A DNA stretch of 64,000 bases, taken from the NCBI GenBank assembly GCA_035461245.1, contig DATHVP010000062.1, positions 3,956-67,955 of the forward strand, written 5' to 3'. Position 1 is the stretch's first letter. Each line of letters starts with the position of its first letter. Made by a program: the position numbers and the translations under genes. The DNA comes from Longimicrobiales bacterium. Lineage in GTDB: Bacteria > Gemmatimonadota > Gemmatimonadetes > Longimicrobiales > RSA9. The notes beneath the pieces were generated by a model that saw only the letters and a list, made by a program, of their open reading frames with translations, was not told the origin of the DNA and searched no databases. Positions 16,600 through 24,385 of this stretch are shown here, piece after piece.

Positions 16600-16615
16600 T
16601 GTTTCACGTGAAACA
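16600..16615. other. parS centromere-like site (perfect consensus)
   Basis: TGTTTCACGTGAAACA, a perfect 16-bp palindrome identical to the widely conserved parS consensus. It lies 3 nt after the stop of the upstream lipoprotein gene. Confidence 0.9.
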
Positions 16616-16655
16616 CCTCCCCTCAGGCATCGCGCCACCCCGTCCGGCGACACGG

Positions 16656-16671
16656 TGTTCCACGTGAAACA
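16656..16671. other. parS centromere-like site (one mismatch)
   Basis: TGTTCCACGTGAAACA matches parS at 15 of 16 positions, 56 bp from the first site. Confidence 0.8.
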
Positions 16672-16682
16672 TACGGTGGCGT

Positions 16683-16964
16683 ATGAATGATAACACACGG
16701 GTGCGTATGGTCGTCAGTGGCCAGGTTCAGGGGGTCGGGTTCCGGGCGTTTATCCGCAGGCAGACCCGCGGGCTCCGCCTCGATGGCTACGTGCGCAACC
16801 TGGAGGACGGGACCGTGGAGATCGAGGCGGCGGGGCCGGCGGCGGATGTGGCCCGGCTGCGCGCGGTGGCGGCGAAGGGGCCACCGTGGGCCACCGTCTC
16901 CGGCGTAAGGGAGGTGGAGCCCGGCGACGGCAACCTGCCCAGCCCCTTTACCATTACTCGCTGA
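16683..16964 (+). CDS. acyP: Acylphosphatase
   Basis: ORF 16683..16964. Signature VSGQVQGVGFRAF...GYVRNLEDGTVE. Confidence 0.85.
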   Translation: MNDNTRVRMVVSGQVQGVGFRAFIRRQTRGLRLDGYVRNLEDGTVEIEAAGPAADVARLRAVAAKGPPWATVSGVREVEPGDGNLPSPFTITR

Positions 16965-16993
16965 CGTCCAGCAACGCGCGGCCGCGTCGAACG

Positions 16994-17036
16994 CCAGCAG
17001 GGGCGCCGGGATGGAGAATCCCGGCGCCCCTGCTGG
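16994..17036. terminator. Hairpin between convergent acyP and yidC (bidirectional terminator candidate)
   Basis: CCAGCAGGGGCGCCGGGA, 7-nt loop, TCCCGGCGCCCCTGCTGG. Perfect 18-bp stem with no long U tract. Confidence 0.55.
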
Positions 17037-17056
17037 TTCATGCGGCGCCAGCTCGA

Positions 17057-18802
17057 CTACGCTTCGGCCTTCGGGGCACCCTGTCTGGCCTGCTGGAAGC
17101 GCTTCCGTTCCCGTGAGATCTGGAGCTGCTGCGGGATGGACGCGAAGTTCATCGCGGCGTAGTACAGGTTCAGCCCTGATGCAAAGTTCAGGAAGATGAT
17201 GGTCATGACCGGTGGCATGGCATACATCATGAACTTCATCTGCGGATTCTGATCCGTCATGCTGCGCATGCTGAGCCACTGCATGAGGAACATGCTCACC
17301 CCGAGCAGCACCGGCAGGATATAGAACGGATCGGCCCTCGACAGGTCCGGCAGCCACAGGAACGGCACGCCGCGGAAGGCGATCGTGCTCTGCAGCACGA
17401 AGAACAGGGTGATGAGGATGGGCAGGGGAATGAGCATGGGCAGGCATCCGCCCATGGGGTTGAAGCCCTCCTCCTTGTACAGGCGCAGCAGTTCCTTCTG
17501 CAGCTTCTCCGGTTCGTTCTTGTACTTCGCCTGGATTTCCTTCATCCGCGGCTGGATCTCCATGTTCTTCATCTGCGAGCGCATGGCCTTGGCGTTCAGG
17601 GGCCAGAGGGCGATGCGGATGAGAACGCCGAACAGGACCAGCACCCAGCCATAGCCGATGCCCAGGTTGTCGTGCATCCAGTAGAGAGCGGCGGTGATGC
17701 CGTGCCCGAGGGGCTGGAGGAAGATGCGGAACGCGCGCCAGCCGAAGGGATTGACGTCGGAGAACTTCTGCCCCACCTCCGCCAGCCGGCGGGGCTCCTG
17801 GGGCCCGATATAGAAGCGGAACCCGAAGGTGCCATCGGGATCGGGCTGCAGCGTGACATACATGTCCGCGGCATTGGGCTCGCTCACCGGGTTGGCCACC
17901 AGCCCGCCAAAGGCCGTGGGCGATTCGGGGTGGGTCACGGCTGCGGCGACGAAGTACTTGTTCTTCACTGCGGCCCAGTGGAGGGGCCCGTTCTCCACGC
18001 GCTGGGCGCGGACGGAGTTCAGCCGGACCTTCGATACCCCGTCCCGGTCGGCATTCACGACGTACTCCAGCATCCGCTCGTCTTCCTGCGGGTTCGCCTC
18101 GTTCATGGCCAGGCGCCGGGGCAGGTTGATGAGCAGCGTGGGGGCCTGTCCTCCCAGACCCGTGACCACCATGCGGCCAGTGATGACGTAGCGATCGGGG
18201 TCGAAGGCGTAGGCTACGACAATGCCCAGGTCCTCCCCCTCGTGCCTGAGCTCCAGCGTCCCCGGCTGCCCCCCGGCAACGTCCACGACGCCCGATGCAC
18301 TCGGCAGGAAGTTCAGGTCATCCAGCGGGATCTCCCGCGTGCCCACACGGAGGCGGTAGGAGAACAGGCCCGGCACCGTGTCCCAGGACAGTTCCACGGG
18401 CTGTCCGTGACGAGCCGGGTCCAGCACGATATGCTGGTGCAGTTCAGCTCCAACGATGCCCGCCCCTGCCGTGCTGACACGATAGTCGTACAACGCCGTG
18501 CGGGCGACGATCGTATCCGCCGACACCCCTGCAGTGGCAGCGGGAGTCGTCAGCCCGGGCGTCGCGCCGGTGTCAACCGGCACCGCCGGTGCAGGGGCGG
18601 CCTGCCCTGCGTCCCCCGCAGCCATCGTATCCAGCACAGCCCCGGGGGGCTCGCCCGCGGGTACCGTCGCGGGACCTACCGCCGTCGTGTCCGGAGCCAT
18701 GGGATCCACCGGCGGCGGCTCGGGCGGCAGGAGCAGGTTTGTAACGACCATGACGGCGATCATCAGGACCACCGCCAGCAGAAAGCGTCCGCTGTCCATC
18801 AA
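17057..18802 (-). CDS. yidC: Membrane protein insertase YidC
   Basis: ORF 17057..18802. Large periplasmic domain, then the conserved C-terminal core (NPMGGCLPMLIPLPILITLF, GLNLYYAAMNFASIPQQ). Located in the conserved rnpA-yidD-yidC context. Confidence 0.9.
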   Translation of the reverse strand: MMDSGRFLLAVVLMIAVMVVTNLLLPPEPPPVDPMAPDTTAVGPATVPAGEPPGAVLDTMAAGDAGQAAPAPAVPVDTGATPGLTTPAATAGVSADTIVARTALYDYRVSTAGAGIVGAELHQHIVLDPARHGQPVELSWDTVPGLFSYRLRVGTREIPLDDLNFLPSASGVVDVAGGQPGTLELRHEGEDLGIVVAYAFDPDRYVITGRMVVTGLGGQAPTLLINLPRRLAMNEANPQEDERMLEYVVNADRDGVSKVRLNSVRAQRVENGPLHWAAVKNKYFVAAAVTHPESPTAFGGLVANPVSEPNAADMYVTLQPDPDGTFGFRFYIGPQEPRRLAEVGQKFSDVNPFGWRAFRIFLQPLGHGITAALYWMHDNLGIGYGWVLVLFGVLIRIALWPLNAKAMRSQMKNMEIQPRMKEIQAKYKNEPEKLQKELLRLYKEEGFNPMGGCLPMLIPLPILITLFFVLQSTIAFRGVPFLWLPDLSRADPFYILPVLLGVSMFLMQWLSMRSMTDQNPQMKFMMYAMPPVMTIIFLNFASGLNLYYAAMNFASIPQQLQISRERKRFQQARQGAPKAEA

Positions 18803-18821
18803 TCCATTCGCTTGTGTATGG

Positions 18822-19034
18822 TCACGGCACCGGGTCGAACCCGCTACCGCCCCAGGGATGGCAGCGCAGGAGCCGGCGCACCGTCAGCCAGCTCCCCCGT
18901 ACGCTGCCGTATTTCTGCAAGGCCTCCACGGCATAGGCCGAGCATGTGGGCTGGTAGCGGCACGACGCCGGCAGGAAGGGCGATATGCCCACCTGGTACG
19001 CCCGCACCATCAAGACGAGGAGACGGGCCAGCAT
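18822..19034 (-). CDS. yidD: Membrane protein insertion efficiency factor YidD
   Basis: ORF 18822..19034. Signature [19 protein letters not shown]...RLLRCHPW. Confidence 0.9.
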   Translation of the reverse strand: MLARLLVLMVRAYQVGISPFLPASCRYQPTCSAYAVEALQKYGSVRGSWLTVRRLLRCHPWGGSGFDPVP

Positions 19035-19402
19035 CGCCTCTCCAGCCAGGTTCTGAGTTCAGCCCTGAGATCGTCCCAGGACGCGTCATACGCCTCCCGT
19101 CGGGCCCGCACCAGCACATCCATGGCCTGGCCATGCTCCGCCAGGGCGGGCAGGATCTCGGTCCGCAGCAGTTCCCTGATGCGGCGTTTGACGAGGTTCC
19201 GCCGGACGACCGCGTGCCGGTATCGGGGTACCACCACGCCCACCCGGGGATAAGCAAAAGGGGAAGGGGAGTCGAAGACGTCCAGATGGGCCGTCCCGCT
19301 CCTCTTCCCCCGCTTCATGAGCGCGCGGATATCCGCATCACAGGTGATGCGTCGCGCGCGGGGCAGCCGTCGTCCCTCCACCGGCCGGGACGCCGCCGCC
19401 AC
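19010..19402 (-). CDS. rnpA: Ribonuclease P protein component
   Basis: ORF 19010..19402 (GTG start). Basic protein with the RNase P protein RNR-like region ([13 protein letters not shown]). Sits directly downstream of rpmH. Confidence 0.8.
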   Translation of the reverse strand: MAAASRPVEGRRLPRARRITCDADIRALMKRGKRSGTAHLDVFDSPSPFAYPRVGVVVPRYRHAVVRRNLVKRRIRELLRTEILPALAEHGQAMDVLVRARREAYDASWDDLRAELRTWLERRCWPVSSS

Positions 19403-19412
19403 GGGTGACCTC

Positions 19413-19562
19413 CTACTGCTTGCGGCCGACGGAGACGACCAGGCGCTTGCGGCCGTGCTTCCGGCGACGATTCAGTACCCGGCGACCGGCCTTGGTCGCC
19501 ATGCGCGCACGGAATCCGTGCTTGTTCTTCCGCTTGCGGTTGTGCGGGCGGTACGTCGGCAT
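19413..19562 (-). CDS. rpmH: 50S ribosomal protein L34
   Basis: Not in the ORF track (49 aa). Own translation of the minus strand from ATG 19560-19562: [49 protein letters not shown], stop TAG at 19413-19415. Confidence 0.9.
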   Translation of the reverse strand: MPTYRPHNRKRKNKHGFRARMATKAGRRVLNRRRKHGRKRLVVSVGRKQ

Positions 19563-19599
19563 TCCCATATCGAGCACTCCATCGTTGGCAAAGATGTCA

Positions 19600-19629
19600 A
19601 TAATAGGGGGGGCAAGGGCATTTGGTCAA
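19600..19629 (-). promoter_or_regulatory. Candidate sigma70-type rpmH promoter
   Basis: The minus strand reads TTGACC (19629-19624), 18-nt spacer, TATTAT (19605-19600), about 37 nt upstream of the rpmH ATG. Confidence 0.55.
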
Positions 19630-19640
19630 CGGGGAGTTTC

Positions 19641-19683
19641 GGGATGGGGATCGTAAACGTTCAACGTAAACGGGATCGGGGAT
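19641..19683 (-). repeat. Copy B of the ACGTTTACGATCCCSATCCC element (points toward rpmH)
   Basis: Plus strand GGGATGGGGATCGTAAACGTTCAACGTAAACGGGATCGGGGAT. The 20-bp core at 19641-19660 is the exact reverse complement of 19735-19754. Confidence 0.8.
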
Positions 19684-19725
19684 ACCGCCGGTGGCACGAG
19701 GCGCCCGGGTTCTCGGCTATCCCGC

Positions 19726-19760
19726 GGAACGTTTACGTTTACGATCCCCATCCCGGATCC
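19726..19760 (+). repeat. Copy C of the ACGTTTACGATCCCSATCCC element (points toward dnaA)
   Basis: GGAACGTTTACGTTTACGATCCCCATCCCGGATCC, with the 20-bp core at 19735-19754. Confidence 0.8.
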
Positions 19761-19764
19761 GTCG

Positions 19765-19793
19765 TTGACTTATCCACAATCCTCGCCTAACGT
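19765..19793 (+). promoter_or_regulatory. Candidate sigma70-type dnaA promoter
   Basis: TTGACT (19765-19770), 17-nt spacer, TAACGT (19788-19793). An alternative is TTGACG (19802-19807), 17 nt, ATGCAT (19825-19830), which would give a near-leaderless mRNA. Confidence 0.45.
19770..19778 (+). promoter_or_regulatory. Perfect consensus DnaA box in the dnaA promoter
   Basis: TTATCCACA, exact match. It overlaps the -35/spacer of the candidate dnaA promoter, which is the classic autoregulation layout. Confidence 0.75.
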
Positions 19794-19832
19794 ACCTGCC
19801 CTTGACGCTGCAACCCTCCGGCGAATGCATAC

Positions 19833-21359
19833 ATGGAGCTGACAGCAGCGGAGGCCTGGTCGCGCATTCTCGAGCGAGCCAGGCCTTTGCTTCCTGAACA
19901 CACCTTCCGGATCTGGCTCGAGCACACGGAGCCGGTGGCCCTGTCACAGGACGAGCTCACCGTTGCGGCGGGTAGCGACTTCGCCGCGGAGTGGATCGAG
20001 GACAAGTACGGCGGTCTGCTGACGGAGGTGGCGGAGCGTGTGTTCGGCCGCGCCATAGCCCTGGGCTTCGAGAACCGGGACCAGGGCGGGCCCGGACCTG
20101 GAGCCGCTGGGGGAGCGGGTGGTCCGCACGATGGCCGCTCGGACGCCGACGCCTCGGGGGCCACAGCCTCAGCGCTGGGATCATCCACCGCCACGGCGGG
20201 CCCGGCGCGCGGCCAGGGATCGAGCGCCCCTTCGGTGGCGGGTTCTTCGATGTCGTCCCTCGCGGGCCACGGTGCCGGCAGCGGTACGCCGGCTCCACCG
20301 GCGTCTGCGCACCAGGGCCGGGGCGGCGTGGTGCTGGGCTCACCGCTGAATGAGCGGTACACGTTTGAACGGTTCGTCGTAGGCGCGAACAACCAGTTGT
20401 CGAACGCGGCGTGCCGGGCCGTGGCGGAAGCGCCTGCACGCATGTACAACCCGCTGTTCATCTATGGGGGTGTCGGTCTCGGCAAGACGCACCTGATGCA
20501 CGCAATCGGCCACGTGCTGCTGGGCCGGGATGCCCACAAGCGGGTGGCGTACGTATCCAGCGAGCGCTTCACGAACGACCTCATCGCGTCCATCCAGGAA
20601 GGCCGGATGGCCGAGTTCCGCCGTCGCTACCGTGACATTGACCTGCTGCTCATTGACGACGTGCACTTCCTGGGCGAGAAGGAGCGTACGCAGGAGGAGT
20701 TCTTCCATACATTCAACGCCCTGCACGACGCGCAGCGTCAGATCGTCATGACGAGCGATCGTCCCCCGAAGGAGATCCCGGGCCTGGAGGAGCGGCTTGT
20801 CTCGCGTTTCGAGTGGGGACTGGTCACCGACATCAAGCCGCCGGACCTGGAGACGCGAGTGGCAATCCTCAGGAAGAAAGCGGAGGACGACCGCATCTCG
20901 CTGGGGGACGAAGTGCTGGACTATATTGCCCGGAACTGCCGGTCGAACGTCCGGGAGCTCGAGGGCGCGGTCATCAAGCTGCTGGCGTACTCGTCCCTCA
21001 CGCGCCGTGAGGTTGACCTCGACCTGGCCCGCGAGGCGCTGGGCGGTGTGCTGGGCGCCGGAGCGGCGGTTGAAGTCACGGCGGACCTGATCCGGTCCCG
21101 TGTGGCGGAAGAGTGGGGTGTGTCGGTGGACGGGTTGACGTCGAAGCGCCGCACCAAGGAGTTGTCGGTGCCGCGCCAGGTCGCCATGTATCTCATGCGC
21201 GAGCTGCTGGACCTCTCGCTGGTGGAGATCGGCAGGCATTTCGGCGGGCGGGATCACTCCACCGTGATTCACGCAGTGAACAAGGTCGAGGAGGATCTGC
21301 GCACCGAGGACGCATTCCGCACGCGCGTGGAACTGTTGCGCGATGGCATGCGCGGGTGA
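19833..21359 (+). CDS. dnaA: Chromosomal replication initiator protein DnaA
   Basis: ORF 19833..21359. AAA+ Walker A (GGVGLGKTHL), box VII, and a C-terminal DNA-binding domain (RQVAMYLMRELLDLSLVEIGRHFGGRDHSTVIHA). Domain II linker is long and Gly/Ala/Ser-rich. Confidence 0.95.
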   Translation: MELTAAEAWSRILERARPLLPEHTFRIWLEHTEPVALSQDELTVAAGSDFAAEWIEDKYGGLLTEVAERVFGRAIALGFENRDQGGPGPGAAGGAGGPHDGRSDADASGATASALGSSTATAGPARGQGSSAPSVAGSSMSSLAGHGAGSGTPAPPASAHQGRGGVVLGSPLNERYTFERFVVGANNQLSNAACRAVAEAPARMYNPLFIYGGVGLGKTHLMHAIGHVLLGRDAHKRVAYVSSERFTNDLIASIQEGRMAEFRRRYRDIDLLLIDDVHFLGEKERTQEEFFHTFNALHDAQRQIVMTSDRPPKEIPGLEERLVSRFEWGLVTDIKPPDLETRVAILRKKAEDDRISLGDEVLDYIARNCRSNVRELEGAVIKLLAYSSLTRREVDLDLAREALGGVLGAGAAVEVTADLIRSRVAEEWGVSVDGLTSKRRTKELSVPRQVAMYLMRELLDLSLVEIGRHFGGRDHSTVIHAVNKVEEDLRTEDAFRTRVELLRDGMRG

Positions 21360-21695
21360 ATCATCAGCGCGCCCGGCTCGTTCTGTCCGGCCTGAGAAGG
21401 CCGGTTCCGGGCGCGGCGGGGGGTGCGGATAACATGTGGACAGGGTGTGCGTCGTTGCCGGTTGATCCACAGAACGGCCGGGGCTGTGGAGAACAGCGGA
21501 GTTCTCCACGGGCCGTCCACAACGTGTCAACAGCGGGCATGCAGCGAGGATGTGTTGCGGCAGCGGGGATTCAGGTGCGAACGGACGCGTCGTCCACAAA
21601 CCCACAGTCCCTACTGTTACTGCTGGATATAGATATTAATAAAGAGAAGTCTCCTTTGCTGTGGAATACAGACAGCGCACTCAGGTGAGGGCTTC
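21360..21695. other. Chromosomal replication origin (oriC) in the dnaA-dnaN spacer
   Basis: Eight 9-mers match TTATCCACA or TTGTCCACA at 7-8 of 9 positions. Forward orientation: 21463-21471, 21502-21510, 21513-21521, 21590-21598. Reverse orientation: 21424-21432, 21435-21443, 21485-21493, 21660-21668. An AT-rich element follows at 21626-21650. Confidence 0.75.
21626..21650. other. AT-rich DNA unwinding element candidate of oriC
   Basis: GATATAGATATTAATAAAGAGAAGT has 20 of 25 positions A/T in an otherwise strongly GC-rich window. It is flanked by DnaA-box-like sites at 21590-21598 and 21660-21668. Confidence 0.65.
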
Positions 21696-22808
21696 ATGAA
21701 ACTGAAGATCACGCGGGACAACCTGCAGCAGGGCCTGGCCGCCGTCGCTGCAAGCATCCCGACGCGGACAACGCTGCCGGTCCTTTCCAACATCCTCATC
21801 GATGTGGGCGAGGACAGCATTGCCATGTCCGGTACGGACCTGGACATCGCCGTCAGCGTAACGGTTCCGGCGGAGGTGGAGGAGGGTGGTTCGCTGACGG
21901 TGCCGGCGAAGAAGCTGCAGGAGCTGGCCCGTGAGCTGCCCGAGCATCCGGTGCGCATCAGCACCAGGGGTGATCGGCTGGAGCTGGCATGCGGTCGTGC
22001 CAACTTCCGGTTGAACGGGATGCCCCGGGACGAGTTCCCCACCTTCCCTGCGGTGGACTTCGAGCAGTCGTGGAAGGTCCAGGGCCGGCTGCTCCAGGAT
22101 CTCATCCGGCAGACGTCGTTCGCCGTGTCCACGGAGGAGAGCCGTCCCATCCTAAACGGCGTGCTCTGGCAGCTCGGCGAGGACGAGATGCGCATGGTGG
22201 CCACGAACGGTCACCGCCTGGCGCGTATCCGGGTGTCGAGCGTGGCGGCGGGCGCGCCACGGGCCGACCTCATCGTGCCGCCGAAGGCGCTGGCGCAGGT
22301 AGAGCGGTTGTTCAGCGGCGATGACGAGATCGAGGTCGCCCGCAGCGAGAACCACATCGGTTTTCGCAAGGACGGCACCCAGGTCTTCACCCGTCTCATC
22401 GAGGGCCCGTACCCGAACTACGAGCAGGTCATCCCGAAGGACAACGACAAGCACGCCATCGCCGATCGCAACCAGCTCATCCACGTGCTCCGTCGCATGG
22501 CCGTCGTTGCCAGTGACCAGACGCACCGGGTTCGTCTCGGGTTCACGTCCAACACGGTGCGCTTCTCGGTGGAGACGCCGGACCTGGGCGAGGCCCACGA
22601 GGACCTGGAGGTCGAATACAGCGGCGAGGCGCTGGACATCGGCTTCAACGCCAGCTACCTGCTTGAGGTCCTGCGCTACATGCCCAGCGACGAGGTGAAG
22701 CTGACGTTCAAGGCACCGGAGCGGGCGGCTACCATCGAGCCGGCGAATGCGGCCGAGGACGCACCCGACTACCTCTGCCTGGTCATGCCGCTGCGCCTGC
22801 TGGATTGA
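21696..22808 (+). CDS. dnaN: DNA polymerase III beta sliding clamp
   Basis: ORF 21696..22808. Typical DnaN N-terminus (MKLKITRDNLQQGL...LPVLSNILI) and C-terminal MPLRL. Confidence 0.95.
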   Translation: MKLKITRDNLQQGLAAVAASIPTRTTLPVLSNILIDVGEDSIAMSGTDLDIAVSVTVPAEVEEGGSLTVPAKKLQELARELPEHPVRISTRGDRLELACGRANFRLNGMPRDEFPTFPAVDFEQSWKVQGRLLQDLIRQTSFAVSTEESRPILNGVLWQLGEDEMRMVATNGHRLARIRVSSVAAGAPRADLIVPPKALAQVERLFSGDDEIEVARSENHIGFRKDGTQVFTRLIEGPYPNYEQVIPKDNDKHAIADRNQLIHVLRRMAVVASDQTHRVRLGFTSNTVRFSVETPDLGEAHEDLEVEYSGEALDIGFNASYLLEVLRYMPSDEVKLTFKAPERAATIEPANAAEDAPDYLCLVMPLRLLD

Positions 22809-23410
22809 TGCCCCTGAACATCGAGGGCACGCCGTACCCGCTGCTGCGCCACCTGACGCTGCCCGTCTGCGCCATCACCACATCGGCGAACGGGCGACGC
22901 AACGGCTTCATCGTAAACAGCGCGCAGCGGGCGTCACTCGTGCCGTCCGTACCTCGCATCTCGCTGTACATCTCGAAGCCGAATTTCTCCCACGACCTGG
23001 CCATGGCCAGCGGTGTGCTGGGCGTGCACCTGCTCCGTGCGGACCAGTGGGACGTGATCCGGGCGCTGGGCCTGCGCAGTGCCCGGGATGTGCCGGATAA
23101 GCTGGCGGACCTGGCTGTGCGCACCGGCGCCACAGGCTGTCCCATGCTGGCGGATGTACGGGCGGCGTTCGAGTGCCGGATCATCAACGCCATGGATGCG
23201 GGCGGCGCCACGTTCGTTCTGGCCGATGTCGTGGAAATGACGGAGGGCACCGGCGACGATGTGCTGACCAGCGAGCACTTCCGGCGACACATGCCCGACG
23301 ATGTCCGTCGGGACTACGAGGCGGGGCTGGCCCGTGCGCAGCAGATCCTGGAGCCGCTCTCCCGTGACATCAGCCGGGAGCCGTGGCGGGGCCCTGTCGC
23401 CGACCCCTGA
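22805..23410 (+). CDS. Flavin reductase-like FMN-binding domain protein
   Basis: ORF 22805..23410. The ATGA overlap with the dnaN stop suggests translational coupling. The segment PVCAITTSANGRRNGFIVNS is typical of the flavin reductase family. Confidence 0.7.
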   Translation: MMPLNIEGTPYPLLRHLTLPVCAITTSANGRRNGFIVNSAQRASLVPSVPRISLYISKPNFSHDLAMASGVLGVHLLRADQWDVIRALGLRSARDVPDKLADLAVRTGATGCPMLADVRAAFECRIINAMDAGGATFVLADVVEMTEGTGDDVLTSEHFRRHMPDDVRRDYEAGLARAQQILEPLSRDISREPWRGPVADP

Positions 23411-23419
23411 CGCGTGCCC

Positions 23420-23977
23420 TCAGCCGGCGAGTAGTTCGCCGGCTGTGGCGAGGGCGATGACGTCGCAGCCGGCGTCCCGTATCTTTTCCGTGCCGCCCTG
23501 TTCCCGATCAACTATGGCCAGCACGCCGAGGACCGTGGCGCCGGCCTCCTCCACTGCCTGCTTGGCGTTCAGCGCGCTGCCACCGCTGGTGATGACGTCT
23601 TCGACGACGACGACGGCGTCGCCTTCCCGGAGATTGCCCTCGATACGCCGGCCGGTGCCGTGTTCCTTGGCCTGCTTGCGCACGGTGAAGGCATCCAGCG
23701 ACCGCTGCGCCGTGGCAGCGGCGTGGGCGATGGCGTAGGCCACGGGATCGGCACCGAGCGTCAGCCCGCCGACACTGACGGGAGCCCAGCCGCGCTCGTC
23801 CATGGCGGCCAGGCCCAGGCGGCCGATGAGAAGCTGCCCGGCTCCGGCCATGGTGGTGAGGCGCGCATCGATGTAGTAGGACGAACGGGCCCCGCTGGCG
23901 AGCACGAAATCGCCCCGGCGCAGGGACCGGTCACGCAGGAGTTGCAGCAGCGCTGCACGATCGACTTCAGGCTTCAC
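23420..23977 (-). CDS. pyrE: Orotate phosphoribosyltransferase
   Basis: ORF 23420..23977. FVLASGARSSYYID and the PRPP-binding loop VVVVEDVITSGGS. Confidence 0.9.
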   Translation of the reverse strand: MKPEVDRAALLQLLRDRSLRRGDFVLASGARSSYYIDARLTTMAGAGQLLIGRLGLAAMDERGWAPVSVGGLTLGADPVAYAIAHAAATAQRSLDAFTVRKQAKEHGTGRRIEGNLREGDAVVVVEDVITSGGSALNAKQAVEEAGATVLGVLAIVDREQGGTEKIRDAGCDVIALATAGELLAG

Positions 23978-24248
23978 TTGCTTCCTCCCACTCCCCTGCG
24001 GCCAGGGGCGAGGCGAATGTGTCCAGGTTCTCGACAGCGGCGGTCACCGCTTCATCTTCCAGCGGTGTGGTCTGCGCGTCGTCCCACTCAATGAACTCCA
24101 GGAACCGGTCCTCATGGTCCGCGCCGCGGAACAGCCATGCCCGGCCGCCGGCCCTCTCCACGGCCAGGCGCACGCTATCCCACGCCGGCAGGTAGTCATC
24201 GGACCGGTCCAGCGCCACCTGTCGGGTGGTGCAGAGCAGGCGTCGCAT
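23967..24248 (-). CDS. Hypothetical small acidic protein
   Basis: ORF 23967..24338. Start uncertain, either the internal ATG at 24246-24248 or 24338. Overlaps the pyrE start by 11 nt. No family recognised. Confidence 0.4.
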   Translation of the reverse strand: MRRLLCTTRQVALDRSDDYLPAWDSVRLAVERAGGRAWLFRGADHEDRFLEFIEWDDAQTTPLEDEAVTAAVENLDTFASPLAAGEWEEASEA

Positions 24249-24385
24249 CAGGAACCGGCCTTCCGCAACGGGACTGTGTCCATTGGTTCGCGAGTGTTCG
24301 GGTCCAACGGCAATGTCGGTGCTGACGTGCCGGGACACCAGAGGAGCGATGTCCTGGCACAGCCACCCGTCATGCGGTAGCGACT

